A DNA stretch of 64,000 bases from the human T2T-CHM13v2.0 reference genome, Homo sapiens, in assembly GCF_009914755.1 (NCBI RefSeq), contig NC_060925.1; one strand, given 5' to 3'. A program made the position numbers and the translations under genes. The notes below the pieces were generated by a model. The model made no database searches, was not told the DNA's origin, and saw nothing but the letters and a program-made list of their open reading frames with translations. Shown here piece after piece: positions 1 through 12,660 of the stretch (within the stretch, counting starts at the first letter, position 1; each line of letters opens with the position of its first letter).

Positions 1-83
1 CAGCATTTCCCAGCACAGAGTAAGTGGAATACAGGCTGGCAGATGTTCTCACGATTACCTTGAATCACATCTGTCTCCTGCAG

Positions 84-1160
84 CAGTAGTTCTCTTTGGG
101 CATGGTTCTACCTTTTAGGGGGTGTTTGGAAATGATTGGGGATATGCTTGCTTCTCAGAATGATTGAAGGAGGCTACTGGCATTTTGTGGGTGGGGAGAA
201 ATGCTAGATGTCTTGCAATTCACAGAGAAGAATTTCTCCACACCCTACTCTTGCCAGATGTTCATGTAAGTGAGAGACCTGACTGTAGGACTTTTTTGTA
301 TGGTTGAATCTACACTGAGTTTTTAAGGAATGTAACTACATGTAAATCAAAGATACATCATGTCTTGTTTTATTTGGATTTTTTCCAGGAGCTGTGCCCC
401 ATTTTGAAAATGTTCATTAAAGTTACATATGCCTCATGGTATTTGAGTTAACAGAACAACCACCTGAACCAGTGTGCAACTTATAGCCATTGCAGTCATG
501 GTGATTCTTCATATTTGTACAAATGCACTTATTTAATTCTTATTCCAAAATGCTAAATAGAAAAATCAGTGTCAACAATATCCAATTGCTTATCTCTTGA
601 CTCCAGATGAAAATGGGCTGAAAAAATAAGTAAAAACATTGGCTGGGGTCACTAGTCTTCTAGTCCAACCCTGCTTGAGAACCTACTTTTAAAAATACAT
701 ATTAGGCTGGGCAAGGTGGCTCACACCTGTAGTCCCAGCAGTTTGGGAGGGTGACGCGGGTGGATCAGGAGTTCAAGACCTGCCTGGCCAACATGGCGAA
801 ACTTCATCTCTACTACAAATATAGAAATTAGCTCGGCGTGTTGGCACACACCTGTAATCCCAGCTACTTGGGAGGCTGAGGCACGAGAATCACTTGAATC
901 CAGGAGGCGGAGGTTGCAGTGAGCAACCACTCCAACCAATTAAATGGTGGAGATTGCACCACTTTATTCCAGTTTGGATGGCAAAGAGAGAACCTGTCTC
1001 AAAACAAACAAGCAACAAACATATTTACCGTATGCTCCTTTCATTTTCTCCTTTACAATTTATTTCATTGTATTTCTCCTTTACAATTAAGTTAGGATAG
1101 TAAAAGGGGAATTTCAACATATGTTGTAAAAAGAAGGCTTCGAGCCTGATAGAGACCAGC
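84..1160 (+). mobile_element. MER20B-like hAT-Charlie DNA transposon relic, interrupted by an Alu at 705-1020
   Basis: Starts cagtagttctc...ttttagggggtgtttggaaat...gctactggcatttt (MER20B 5' end). Resumes after the Alu with tttctccttt...ggatagtaaaagggga...ctgatagagacc (MER20B 3' end). Confidence 0.65.
705..1020 (+). mobile_element. Alu SINE (AluS/J) with a 10-bp left-arm deletion and a ~25-bp right-arm insertion
   Basis: ggctgggcaaggtggctcacacctgtagtcccagc..., A-rich linker, right arm, (AAAC)n tail; acatatt on both flanks. Confidence 0.95.
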
Positions 1161-1209
1161 ATCCCTGCCCTGAGACACCTCTTAGCGGGTCCTAGACCTG
1201 CTTCCTAAT

Positions 1210-1430
1210 TTTTCTTCCCTGTGACAGCTCTTCAGATGTTTAAAGATGGTGACAACATTCATCTGTGCACCCCTGAGTCCACTTTTCCGGAACCTGCATC
1301 CTCACTTCCTTCAATGTTTTCTCTAATGATGTGGTTTTCAGACTCCTCATTAGCCTGGTTACCCCTCTATGAATTTTCTCTGGTTTCTCTAAATGCCTCT
1401 TTCCAAAGAAACCAACTAAAGAGTACCCTG
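1210..1430 (-). mobile_element. Ancient L3/CR1 LINE fragment
   Basis: Resembles the antisense L3 3' region (tcttcagatgtttaaagatgg...ttccttcaa...gatgtggttttcagactcctc...); highly diverged. Confidence 0.4.
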
Positions 1431-2668
1431 TAAACTATTTTTATCAAATATGCAGGATTTTTTCAAACAGGCAGGAACAAAGTTGTTCCTCGATCTAGGT
1501 TTTGTGCACAATAGTCAATGTTTGGATCCCCATTGGGCAGAACAGTGAAGCCTTGCGATGAAAACCTTTTAATGAAAGGAGAACGAGAAACAGGGTTTTT
1601 TTTAACCCCAAAATGACAACCCCCCAGAGGTTTTCTGTTGTGTTGTTTTGCTTTTTCCCTTGGTAGCAGCAAGGACTTGGCTGCTGTGTACCCACCACTG
1701 TCAGAGGATGGTCATGATAGCCTCAAACTCCATAATCATGGGATTCGTGCTGTATCTCAGAGAAAGGCACCAGAAAGGAAGGGTTCGATGGAAAATAACC
1801 TAGGAATATGGGACTTTAGTACCAGGCCTCTGCTATTAGCTTATTTTCCTGACACCGTAATCAAACTGAAATTGTGCCAACCTTTCCATTGTCATGGTTT
1901 AAATTGAAGCATTCCTCCTTCAGCAAGCTTGTGTCCGGGGATGGCTGCTAGATGTGCGTTTCTCATTCTGTATAGAGTCCTCTCTAGAGAGACAAGATTC
2001 TGATTTGACCAGGGAACAGATTCCTTGGAAGCCTCCAGATCATGACGATGATGGCTCTGGAATTTTCAGGGCCTTTTGCCAAACTGGGATTGGTCCAGTG
2101 AAATCTGATTTGAATGTGACCCTTTAACTCAGCAACAATATTCCCAACAGGTCTCCCTTAGGTCCTCAGGAGGAACGGGTGTTGCTTGTCCTTGCATTAA
2201 ATAGCTTTAGGCTGCTCCATTGAAAAGCGTTTCATACCGGCTTTTTGTAATTTTTCTATTTCTTTCTCATGAGGACTCTATATGCCACCACCCACCATTG
2301 ATGATTTTTTTTCGCTATACCACAATATATCAATAACATTGTATCCGGGAGGAAGGCTTGGTGCCATGTTGCAACTGTGTCTGTTGTAATTGTTCTGCCG
2401 AATCTGGAATTTCCTGAACAACCCAAAACAGCCAGAGGCAGAGTCTCTCAGAGAAGCATCTAAGTCGCCTAGACCAGGGTGCTTGGGCAATGACATGGAA
2501 ATGTCCTCTTTCCAAGCAGAGAAGACAGAGTCCCCTGTCAAAATGACAGAAAAGGGTGAGGATGTCCAGCTGTCCCAGGGCCCTGGTTAAGAAGGAGAGG
2601 ATGCCTGGATACTTAGCTCTTGGTGTTCCTGCAATGATCCAAGCAGAAACCATTTCAGAAGGCATAGA

Positions 2669-2845
2669 ACAAGGGTCCACAAAGAACAAGAGTCCCTTGG
2701 GTCAAATCCAGCTTACTGCCTATTTCTCTTAGCCTGCAAGATAAGCATGGCTTCTCCATTTTTAAAGGGTTAGGAAAAAAATCAAAAGAAGAATAATATT
2801 TTGTTACATAAATGATGTGAAATTCAAATATCAATGTTCATAAAT
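2669..2845 (+). mobile_element. MER58B-like hAT-Charlie MITE fragment
   Basis: gggtcaaatccagc...aaaaaaatcaaaagaagaataatatttt...aaattcaaatatcaatgttcataaat resembles MER58B. Confidence 0.65.
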
Positions 2846-3443
2846 GTCCTTAAAAATCAATGTCCAGCATAAATGTTGGAAGGAGCAAGATGCAGTGTCT
2901 AACAGAAAAAGTACATCTTGGAGAAAAGTCTGAGAGGGTGAGAAAGTGGAGCCCTGTTTAAAATAATAAGCCCCTGCACAACTTAATAAGAAAACATTGT
3001 CAAAATGGTGCTACCCTAATCCGATTTGCACTAGAGCCAAGGCCAAAATGCATTTTTTGCTGGTAAGGAAATGTAGCCTCAATGATACTAATATTCAAGC
3101 AATTTACCCAGTGATAAGACTAAAGTAATTTATTATAATTTTATGATGAGATCTCTTTTTCTTGGCTTGGGAAAGGTTTTTATTGCCTCTAGTCTTGCAA
3201 TTTCACTGTTGCTAATATTGATTTTACTGTAATCTCTTTCCTTTTTTTACACTTCTCAAGTTATTTCTTGATTTGGACAAAATCCACATTTTAACACAGA
3301 TGATATAAAAACCAACCTTTGAGAAAACGTATTATGATAATTATATTTTCCTACTGGTGGCCAACATTATGTGTGTGCCAATAGAGAAAAACGCATTTTG
3401 AAGTCACCAGACTTTCCTCTTCTTTTGTCTTCTTTGGGCTTAA

Positions 3444-3922
<479 letters not shown>

Positions 3923-3929
3923 TCTACAC

Positions 3930-4100
3930 TTTTATGCAATCCTGGGAGGTCAGTGAGGCTTTTCCCATCTTTCCACTGGAGGGAAATTGGGTTCATAGAG
4001 TAGAAATACTTTGCCCAAGCCTCAACAGCTGCTAAGAGGTGCAATGAAAACTCAACTTGAGGCTGTCTGATTCCAGAGCTCCACAACCTTTTCACTGCAC
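3930..4100 (-). mobile_element. MIR SINE
   Basis: cccatctttcca...gggaaattggg...atactttgcccaag...ctgtctgattccagagc, antisense MIR core. Confidence 0.6.
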
Positions 4101-6099
4101 TGGGATTGAGGGCCTCCCTAGAAAATACCTCCATATGACCAGAGACCACAGGATTGTAGAGGCTTGTAACACAAGGGCAACAGGCACTCAAAACGGAAAG
4201 CTCTATGTCTCTTTAAGAATGCAATGGTTCTGAGCCTTGTTGCTAGGCTAGCTGTGTTTCCAGGCAAGCTCATTAGAGCATATCTTGGTTCTGCACATCT
4301 CAGGGTGGGGTGCTCATTTCTTTTCTCTCCCAATGCACGAAGCATTGCCAAAGCCTGGTGTTAAGTAAAAAGGACAATGTAGGGCTCCGAGATTAACTAT
4401 TGCTGTATTTATTAAACACTTTGCACACATTCCGTGTTGTGCTAGGGAAAAATGCAAGAACACTTCCTACACAATGTGGGTGATCTAATACTCACTTTTA
4501 TGGGTACAGGACTCTATGGCTTACAAAGCGTATTCATAAACATGACCCTATGTAAGCCTCTCAAGAGGAAATGCTATACCCATTTCACAGGTGGGGAAAC
4601 TGAGGGACAGTTGACTGAATCTGTGGGATTCAGATCTCTGGGAGATCAGAGCCATGGGGATAATTTGGGCCTCTTAGCTCTCAAAGGATCAGTGTTGGGG
4701 GCATGTTTATGAGATTGTACACAATCCACTGTGGGCTCCCAGTGAAATTTCAGAATATCTCGGAGGCTCACTTTGGGATGCATCGTCCTAATTTTCTTTT
4801 AGAGGCTTCCATAAGCTGCTCCCCAAATAGATTTTTATTGTGGTTTTGCTTCCTCTGACCTTTGTTTTTGTGTTAATGGCCTTTATTTCCCATTAGCTTC
4901 TCAAGAGCTGGTGTGTCACTGAGCACGCATATTTTACAAAACACAAAAACCTACAGTTTCCATGAAGATCCACAAAGAAAACAGAGAAGCGGGGATTTGC
5001 CTTTGTGCTGCTCTTACTGTATTAAAAAATAAATGTGGTAATTTTTGTATGTGCATTTGGGATTTTTACTTTCCGGGTTAATTCAGGAGCAGTTACCATG
5101 AATAAAAATGTCTTTGCTGCTTTGGCAGAGTTTTGGGACTAGCTTACCTGCATCAAACTTGTCTCTTATAGGTTCTTCGAGAAGTGCCTCTCTGAGATGA
5201 GTTGGCAGCGATTCTGGTCTATGTCCTGTCAGCCTAATGGAAGACAAGTAGGACATGCATCTTCCCTTCTTGTTCTCAGTATTAGGTAGCATGTTCACAA
5301 AAATAAATCTGATTCCTTCTGCTTTTTCTCAATGACGTTCTGCCAATTCGAGGTAGAGGCTTGGGGTCCTTTTCAACCTGTCTCCCAGCTTCTATTGCAA
5401 CTGCCATCCTTACACCTACACCCACTCACTCTCAGTTATTTGCAAAAGACTCAGAGCCCTCAAATCTGTGTCCATAAACATTTGCCTTCTGACTCAAGAC
5501 TAGATTCAGGAAGTAACTTGTACAGTGCTTGCAATTTCAGCATAGAAACTGAATATTTTTCCTTTCTAAGAAAGGCAGAGGGGCAACTTACATTGATTGA
5601 ACACTTGCTATATTCCAGACACGTGCATTTGTTCTTTTCTATGACCCAGTGCATTCTCTTAGCTTGTTTTTACAGGCTCAAGGGGGATGAAAAGTGTGAC
5701 CTGCCCAAGGGCATCACGTAAGAGATGAACTCAGAGTTAAACCCAGCCTGTCTGACCACAGAGTGTATTCCATTACACCCCAATGCTTCACCAGGCTGCA
5801 GAGGCTCTGTCGGGTTCAGTGCAGCTCTTGAGTAAAATCCTTTGCTGTGTTCTAATCCTTTTGTTTTCTCCTAATTTGAAAAAGCATTGAGCATGGCCTG
5901 TGGAAATTTTCCAGCATGAGAAAAGACCGTGCGTTGGAATTCTGTTTCCGCTTGTGGAGCTACCACAAAGCATGCTTTATTTTCATCCAGAGCTGTCATG
6001 CCTGGGTACTTGGCCCAGCCCCCTCACCAAGACTCCCTGAGAGCCACGTGTTGTTGCTAAGCTTTGGTCACCTGAATGCTGGAGAGCAGCCAGGGTAAT

Positions 6100-6300
6100 G
6101 ATCATCATCATAACAGCTGACGTTTACTAAGCATGTATCTGCCAGGCACTGATCAAAATGCTTTATGTGAATGAACTCATTTAAGCCTCAACACTTCCCT
6201 ATGATTAAATTATTATCCCCATTTGGCAGCTGAAGAACCTGAGGCACAGAGAGACTAAGTTCGCATTGATCACTGGCTAGCTAGCATAGAGTCACCTTAC
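6100..6300 (-). mobile_element. MIR SINE
   Basis: gtttactaagc...tgccaggcactg...tattatccccatttggcagctgaagaacctgaggcacagagag. Confidence 0.75.
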
Positions 6301-6648
6301 ACTTCACTTATCTCTTCTAAATAATGAACTCAGAGTAAAACAAGACTTTTATAATGTGTCTGAGCTGGCTAGTCCACTGCCTTTACACTCAGTTTTTCTA
6401 GTGCTTATCTTCATTGTGAAGTTTGTTTCAACAGCTTGTGGCCCAATCCACTGTGGGTAAATTGACTTCGTGAGAAGACGATGTTTGATTCTAGGCAAAA
6501 TTTACTGACAAGCAAAATGAAGACAGGGTACGGGGGAGAAGGAGGGGTCTTATCAATCTCCCAGTGTGAACTTGCTGATCTTCGCCCTTTTGGGAGACAT
6601 GGTAGAAAAATATAACAGCTATAATTTATAGCGGTGATAATTTGCACA

Positions 6649-7207
6649 TGTGATGGTTAATTTTGGGTGTCAACATGACTGGATTGAGGGATGCCTGGAT
6701 GGCTGATGAAGCACTGCCTTTGGGTGTGTCTGTGCGGGTGTTTTCAGAGGAGATTGGCATGTGAGTTGGTGGACTGGGTGGGGAGGGTCTGTCTTCCATG
6801 TGTACAGACACCATCCCATCTACTGGGGGCCTGGATAGAACAAAAATGCAGAGGAAAGATGATTTTCTGGCTCTCTCCTGAAGCTGTGCTTCTTCCATCT
6901 CCTGCACTTGGGTTTCAGAACTCTAGGTTCTCTGGCCTTTGGACTGCAGGACTTACACCATGGTCCCCCTGAGTTCTCAGGCTTTCAGTCTCGGACTAAG
7001 AATGACACCATTAGCTTCCCTGGCTCTGAGGCTTTAGGACTTGAATTGAGCCATGCTACCAGCATCCCACACTCCAGCTTGCAGATGGCCTGTCATGGGA
7101 CTTCTCAGCCTCCATTATCACATGAGCCAAGGCCCCTAATAAATCCCCTCTCATCTCTGTCTCTATGTACATATCCTTGATTCTGTCTCTCTGGAGTCAG
7201 AACAACA
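6649..7207 (+). mobile_element. MLT2 (MLT2B-like) ERVL solo LTR
   Basis: Starts tgtgatggttaattttgggtgtcaacatgactggattgagggatgcc; aataaa at ~7138; ends tctgtctctctggag...aca. Confidence 0.88.
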
Positions 7208-7967
7208 CATGTGACCTTTTAACTTTCAAAAGCTCTTTCTAATATATAGATTTAATTAGTACTGACCAACAAAAGACCAAGAGAAACTTAATTCTTCCTT
7301 GCAGACTTACTGATTAGAAACGACTTGTTTTGTGTAACATGATTTGAAATCTATATCAGATGCTTGAAAAACACCATATCCCCCAGATATTTTTTATTAA
7401 CTGCCATGTTCCTGGTGTGTTGGTGTAATGAGAACCACACACTCAATTCCAATACCCTATGATAAATCCCATGAGAAAGCTATATATCAAGACCCACTGG
7501 GAACACAAATGAGGAAAAGGCCATTCTTGGAAGGCAGGGACATTTGAACCAGGCCATGAAGACCGAGTACAGCATATTTGGCATGGGCTGGGGTATTTAT
7601 GGTCACTCTTTTCCTAGCCATTTCTTCTTTGCTAGTTATCCCTTTATCTTGCCCAGAAGCTTCTATATATACATCTTATCCAGGTCCCCTTTCCTCCACC
7701 ATGACCAGCACAACTTCATACAACAGAACCTCCACCTGCCAGCAGATATTGCCAAGAACACATCTGTTGCACAGCAGGTGAGAACTCTAGTTGACCTCAG
7801 GGTGCTACATTGCCCTACTCCTGACTAGCAGGTATTTTCCAGGGTTTCTAGGTCAACTCTTTCCCTGCAGCCATGAGATCCTTTCTGCAGCTTATTCTAA
7901 CAGGGTGGAGCCCAGAACAAAGAGTGTTGTGTCCCCAGGCTATTAAAACTCATTCCTTACTCTACAG

Positions 7968-8485
7968 CAGTGGTCCCTGATCTTTTCAGCACCAGGGACT
8001 GGTTTCACGGAAGACAATTTTTCCATGGATGGCTGTCGGGGGATGGTTTTGGGATGATTCAAGCACATTACATTTATCGTACACTTTATTTCTATTATTG
8101 TTACATTGAAATATATAATGAAATAATCATACAACTCATCATAATGTCGAATCAGTGGGAGCCCTGAGCTTGTTTTCCTGCAACTAGATGGTCCCATCTG
8201 GGGGTGATGGGAGACAGTGACAGATCATCAGGCATTAGATTCTCATCAGGAGCATGCAGCATAGATTTCTTGCATGCACAATTCACAGTAGGATTTGCGC
8301 TTCTGTGATAACCTAATGCTGCCACTGATCTGACAGGAGGTGGAGCTCAGGTGGTAATTCAAGCAATGGGGAGCGGCTGTAAATACAGATGAAGCTTTGC
8401 TTGCTCACATCTCCTGCTGTGTGGCCCAGTTCCTAACAGGCCACGGACTGATATTGGTTCATGGCTCAGGGTTTGGGGACCCCTG
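7968..8485 (+). mobile_element. MER1A hAT-Charlie MITE, full length
   Basis: TIRs cagtggtccc.../...ggggacccctg; 8-bp TSD ctctacag (7960-7967) / ctctatag (8486-8493). Confidence 0.92.
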
Positions 8486-9212
8486 CTCTATAGGACACTA
8501 ATCAGCTTGGGTAGGAGTTTCTGCCTACATGTTGAAATGTCTTAGGCTAGATGATCACTCTCTTTTTTCCCCATTTCACTTCACCCCCATCCCTAGACCC
8601 ACAGGATAGAGCCTGTTTTCACCCTTGTACAGGATGAACAAAAAGTCTTGTTTCTTCACAATATGATTGAGGAATCCAGCCCTGTAGCATAATTCTTGCT
8701 GTAAAACTGTGTTAAAGTGACTAGCAAACTGTTTTGTATAATTACACAATGGAATCTGAATGTACTGTGCTGGATATGCATGATAAGTGTCCAGTTTGTT
8801 TCTTAGGACGATCTGGGAAAGACAAGATAATTCACCTTGCTGTGTCTCTCCTTCCTAAGATTTTAGTTTTAACTAATTGAGTCAGCAGAACAATTTGAAA
8901 TCTGAGTTCCAGCAAAGTTTTCCCTCTGTGAGCTTATATGATTTTGCAATATCTGGATAGAAAGTAAAACATTTAGTCCATCTTCTGGAATTCTCAAAAC
9001 AGTAGGATATTTTAAGAACACTGATGGTAGCCAGCATTTGTCACCGTTCCTTTAGATGAGTCTTTGGAACCCGAGGGTCAGGCACGTAGGTTTCTTTTCA
9101 AAGTCTATAAATCATGAATCCTCTTGTGGCTGCATTTGTGAGGGAGGGATGTTAACTTTATCACTCTTTCTAATTAAGCAAGGTGGTGATTTTGGCATTT
9201 TAACTCTTAGCC

Positions 9213-9448
9213 AAGCCAGGTTTCTCACCATTTTAACCTCAACACTACTGATGTTTTGGGCTGGACAGTTTTTTGTTGTCTGGTATGTGGGAGTTGTTCC
9301 GTGCATTGTAGGAATGCTTAGCAGCATCCTTGGCCTCTGTCCAGTAGATGCCAGCACACCACTCCCCAATTATAACAACCCCAAATTTCTTCAGACATTG
9401 CCAAATGCCCCACGGTGGGGGAAAGTCCTCCCCAGTTGAGAACCATTG
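9213..9448 (-). mobile_element. MER20 hAT-Charlie MITE
   Basis: ttttgggctggacag...gcagcatccttggcctctgtccagtagatgccag...cagacattgccaaatg...gttgagaaccattg. Confidence 0.88.
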
Positions 9449-9454
9449 TCCAAG

Positions 9455-9790
9455 AGCCTTGCTATAAAGGCTACCTGGATCAGTAGCATCTGTATCACCT
9501 GGGAGTGGTCAGAAATGCAGAATCTGAGACCATAAGCAGACCTATAGGATCAGTATCTGCATTTTCATCCAATTCCCAGGTGATTTGTTTGCATGTGGAA
9601 GTTTGAGGAATTTGGTAGTTCAATGACTTAAAGCAGTAATACTCAAACTTTGGTGTGTGTCAAAATCCCCTTGACAGCTAATGAAGAACACAGATGCCAG
9701 GGTTGTGGAAGGAGGAGAGGGTCTAGGTCTCTCTATTTTTTCCAAGTTCCCCAGGTAATTGTGATATTGACCAAAGCTTGAGAATCATTA
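9455..9790. mobile_element. Two adjacent MER5-family MITE fragments
   Basis: cagtagcatctgtatcacctgggag...agaaatgcagaatc...atctgcatttt...cccaggtgatt (9455-9610) and cagtaatactcaaacttt...ccccaggtaatt...ttgagaatcatt (9632-9790). Confidence 0.7.
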
Positions 9791-10118
9791 CCTTAAAACC
9801 ACAAGATCAGAACATAGACTGCCTTTGTCCTGAGGTCAATGCCCAAACATTATTTTATAATTTTAGAAGAAAAATTTTAGATGCAATGATCTTGTGGAAA
9901 GACCCAAGCAAAGTGTCCTGTTGGTCAGCATCTTATCACTTCTCAAGTATTGTAGGAGATAGACTCTTTATGTTCCCTGGGGAAGCCAATTTGTTCCAAC
10001 AGCTGCATTACAAATAGAAATTCAAAAAGAAGTATTTGCAATTATGAGATGCAAACAGGAAATGATTTTCTCTGGGATCAATATTCTCCAAGAGGAAATG
10101 GGATGTGAATGAACATGC

Positions 10119-10140
10119 TTTTTTTTTTTTTTTTTTTTTT
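10119..10140. repeat. Poly(T)22 homopolymer, not attached to a recognisable retroelement
   Basis: Direct read. Confidence 0.9.
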
Positions 10141-10653
10141 GTAACGACTTCTCAGGTGCAATGCATCATCAGTCTGTTCCATCAGTCTATTGGATAAGCA
10201 CTGATATCAGCCGGATTACCCATGCCGTCCCGGGTAAATAAAGAATGACAATTGATTTCATATCTTGTTGAGTGGTGATGAGGGTAGGTGAGGACTGAAT
10301 AATGACTAGGAGCTTTGGATCTGGGGTGTGCGTGTGTATGTTGTGTGCATGCATGCTCTTTCTAGCTTGTTCTTTATACATGACAAAAATTGACTTTTCT
10401 TTTTCTCTAGTTCATTAAGTTCGGTCATGGTGTTTATATCTAATCTGAGTGGTTTAAAATCTTTTTTGATAACTTCACCTTTGTAAATCCACTGTAAGCT
10501 TTGTATAAATGTTAGCCTGAAGGCTTCAATTATAAGAGAATTGCAAGTACACAATAAATGATAACAATCTTGATTATTAAGAAGGCTTTGACCTATACTG
10601 AGTATAGGTCTTGAAAAGACCACGGTGCATTATAGCTTTCACGTATTTAAAGC

Positions 10654-10711
10654 AAAAAAAAAAAAAAAAAAAAGAAAAAAAGAAAAAAGAAATAAAAATA
10701 ACAAACAAAAA
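10654..10711. repeat. A-rich tract (A20 followed by degenerate A-rich sequence)
   Basis: Direct read. Confidence 0.9.
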
Positions 10712-10984
10712 CTGTGGATTTTATATGTCGTATGATGCAGCGTTTCTATAATATTGTTTTTGTATTATTATATATAATATTCTGTTTGTATTTGAAGACC
10801 AAAGACCTTGAGTAGTGGTCTCAAGTGGTCTCATTGATAATGTGAACACAGAGCTGTTCTCTTTACATCTCTCCATGATTGTACCATTTCCCTTCATGAC
10901 CTTTTTTCTTCCAAATGGCTTAAACAGTTAATGACAGAGTACAGTAATAGAGTTTTCCAGATTTTCTTGAAAGAGAGCTAGGTG

Positions 10985-11170
10985 GGGTAGTTCAGTGCAA
11001 AGACACTGATTAGGGAAGTGACTGGCCTGGGTTTAAACCCCATTTCTACCATGAAGTGTCTCCATGACTTTTGAGCAGGTTTCTTAACCTCTTTGGACTT
11101 CTGATTGTTCCCTTATAAATGGAATACTATTTCCCACCTGGTATGATTCTTAAGGGGATAAGCATCAGCC
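10985..11170 (+). mobile_element. MIR SINE
   Basis: ctggcctgggtttaaaccc...gagcaggtttcttaacctctttggacttctg...ataaatggaa. Confidence 0.65.
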
Positions 11171-11191
11171 AAAATGTCAACAGTACTCATT

Positions 11192-11510
11192 GGCTGGGTA
11201 TGGTGGCTCATGCCTGTAATCCCAACACTTTGGGAGGCTGAGGTGGGAGGACTGCTTGAGCCCAGGAGTTGGAGACCAGCCTTGGAACATAGCAAGATCC
11301 CATCTCTACAAAGTAATAATAATAATAAAAAAACAGCCAGGCATGTTGGCATGCGCCTGTAGACTCAGCTACTTGGGAGGCTGGGCAGGAGGACTGATAG
11401 AGCTTGGGAGGTCCAGACTGCAATGAGGCAAGATTGCTCCACTGCGCTCCAGCCTGGGTGACACAGCGAGACCTTGTCTCCAAAATAAAAAACAAAAACA
11501 AAACAAGAAA
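11192..11510 (+). mobile_element. AluJ SINE
   Basis: ggctgggtatggtggctcatgcc...ggaggactgcttgagcccaggagtt (J-type); degenerate TSD aacagtact/aacaatact. Confidence 0.95.
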
Positions 11511-11514
11511 CAAT

Positions 11515-11735
11515 ACTTTTTGAGTACCCATCAGGTGATATATTCTACTAGGTGCCTTATGCATATTAATCACCAAATCTCTATGAGGAGGTTTTATTAA
11601 CATCATCATTCCATTTCTGCAGATGAGGAAATGCATCTCTCACCAGGGGTAACACAGCTACAAAGTGGTCCAGGCAGGATTCAAAGCTGAGTGGTCTGGT
11701 CCTGAGTTTGTGATCTAAACCCATAGGCTGCGCTT
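11515..11735 (-). mobile_element. MIR SINE
   Basis: ttccatttctgcagatgaggaaatg...cacagctacaaagtgg...caggattcaaagc. Confidence 0.75.
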
Positions 11736-12334
11736 CTTCCTTGGGCGGACATTGACTGTAAAGTTACCTGCATGTGGATTTCATAGGAGAGGAAGAAGGA
11801 AGAAATGCCAGTAAAAGGAAAATCAAGGAACGGTAAACAAACAAACAAAAAAACGGGGCCATCTTAATAAGCAGTAGGAGGTAGAATTGAGTGACAGGAA
11901 CCAAACCCTCAGATGCCAGGAGGGGAAGTGGGTGAGTGAGGATGAGTTCCGGCTCTGCTGATCTGCACACACAGCGGACTCTCAAGACCTCTCCTGTCCT
12001 GAGATTTTCTTCTGAAGAACTCTGACCAAAGTCTGAGAAATCAAGACAGAAACCAATGGGCAACGTGTAGAGGTTCACCAGACCCAGCTTCTCAGACCAT
12101 TGAGGACTTTGGGTTGGCATCTAATGGACAGTACACGGATCCCGAACTTCTTACACAGTAAAACCTTGTCCCACCCAAAGAGCCAGAGCACCCCACGGAG
12201 AAGGAAATTCTGCTTAGGATTATCTTGTTAGGGATCGTGTGACAAGGAGAAAGCATGTGGTGGCTGAAGTAGGAAATGCAAATGGTGCTGACAAGAGAAA
12301 ACCTTCAGGCTGGTGACCCAGAAAAAGTTCGATG

Positions 12335-12660
12335 CAGAAAGATATTCAATACAGCCTTGTTTATCAACAGCCACAAATTGGAGGCAACCCAAATGCCTGA
12401 CAACATGGAAGTAAATTATGATTAACCATCTTCATGAAAGTTTATGCAGCCATTTAAAGTGATGGACATGAAAACAATGTGGTGTCCTGGGAGATGTTGC
12501 TAATATAAAACTCTTTCAAAATATCAAAATTATTTGAAAGATCACATATACTCACACAGAAGAACTAAAAGAAAACAGAAAAATAAAACAGCCAGTTCCT
12601 TAGTGGCAGTCAGGCTACTGTTTCTTTTAAAAATAATTTGCTGGTATCATGTTCATTTAA
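12335..12660 (+). mobile_element. Old L1M (L1ME-like) 3' fragment
   Basis: gatattcaatacagccttgtttatcaacagccacaaattggaggcaacccaaatgcc...tatgcagccatttaaa. Confidence 0.6.

Noticed and set aside
2295-2420. Possible C/D-box snoRNA (TGATGA ... CTGA)
   Set aside because: No terminal stem or recognisable antisense guide; the boxes are short enough to occur by chance.
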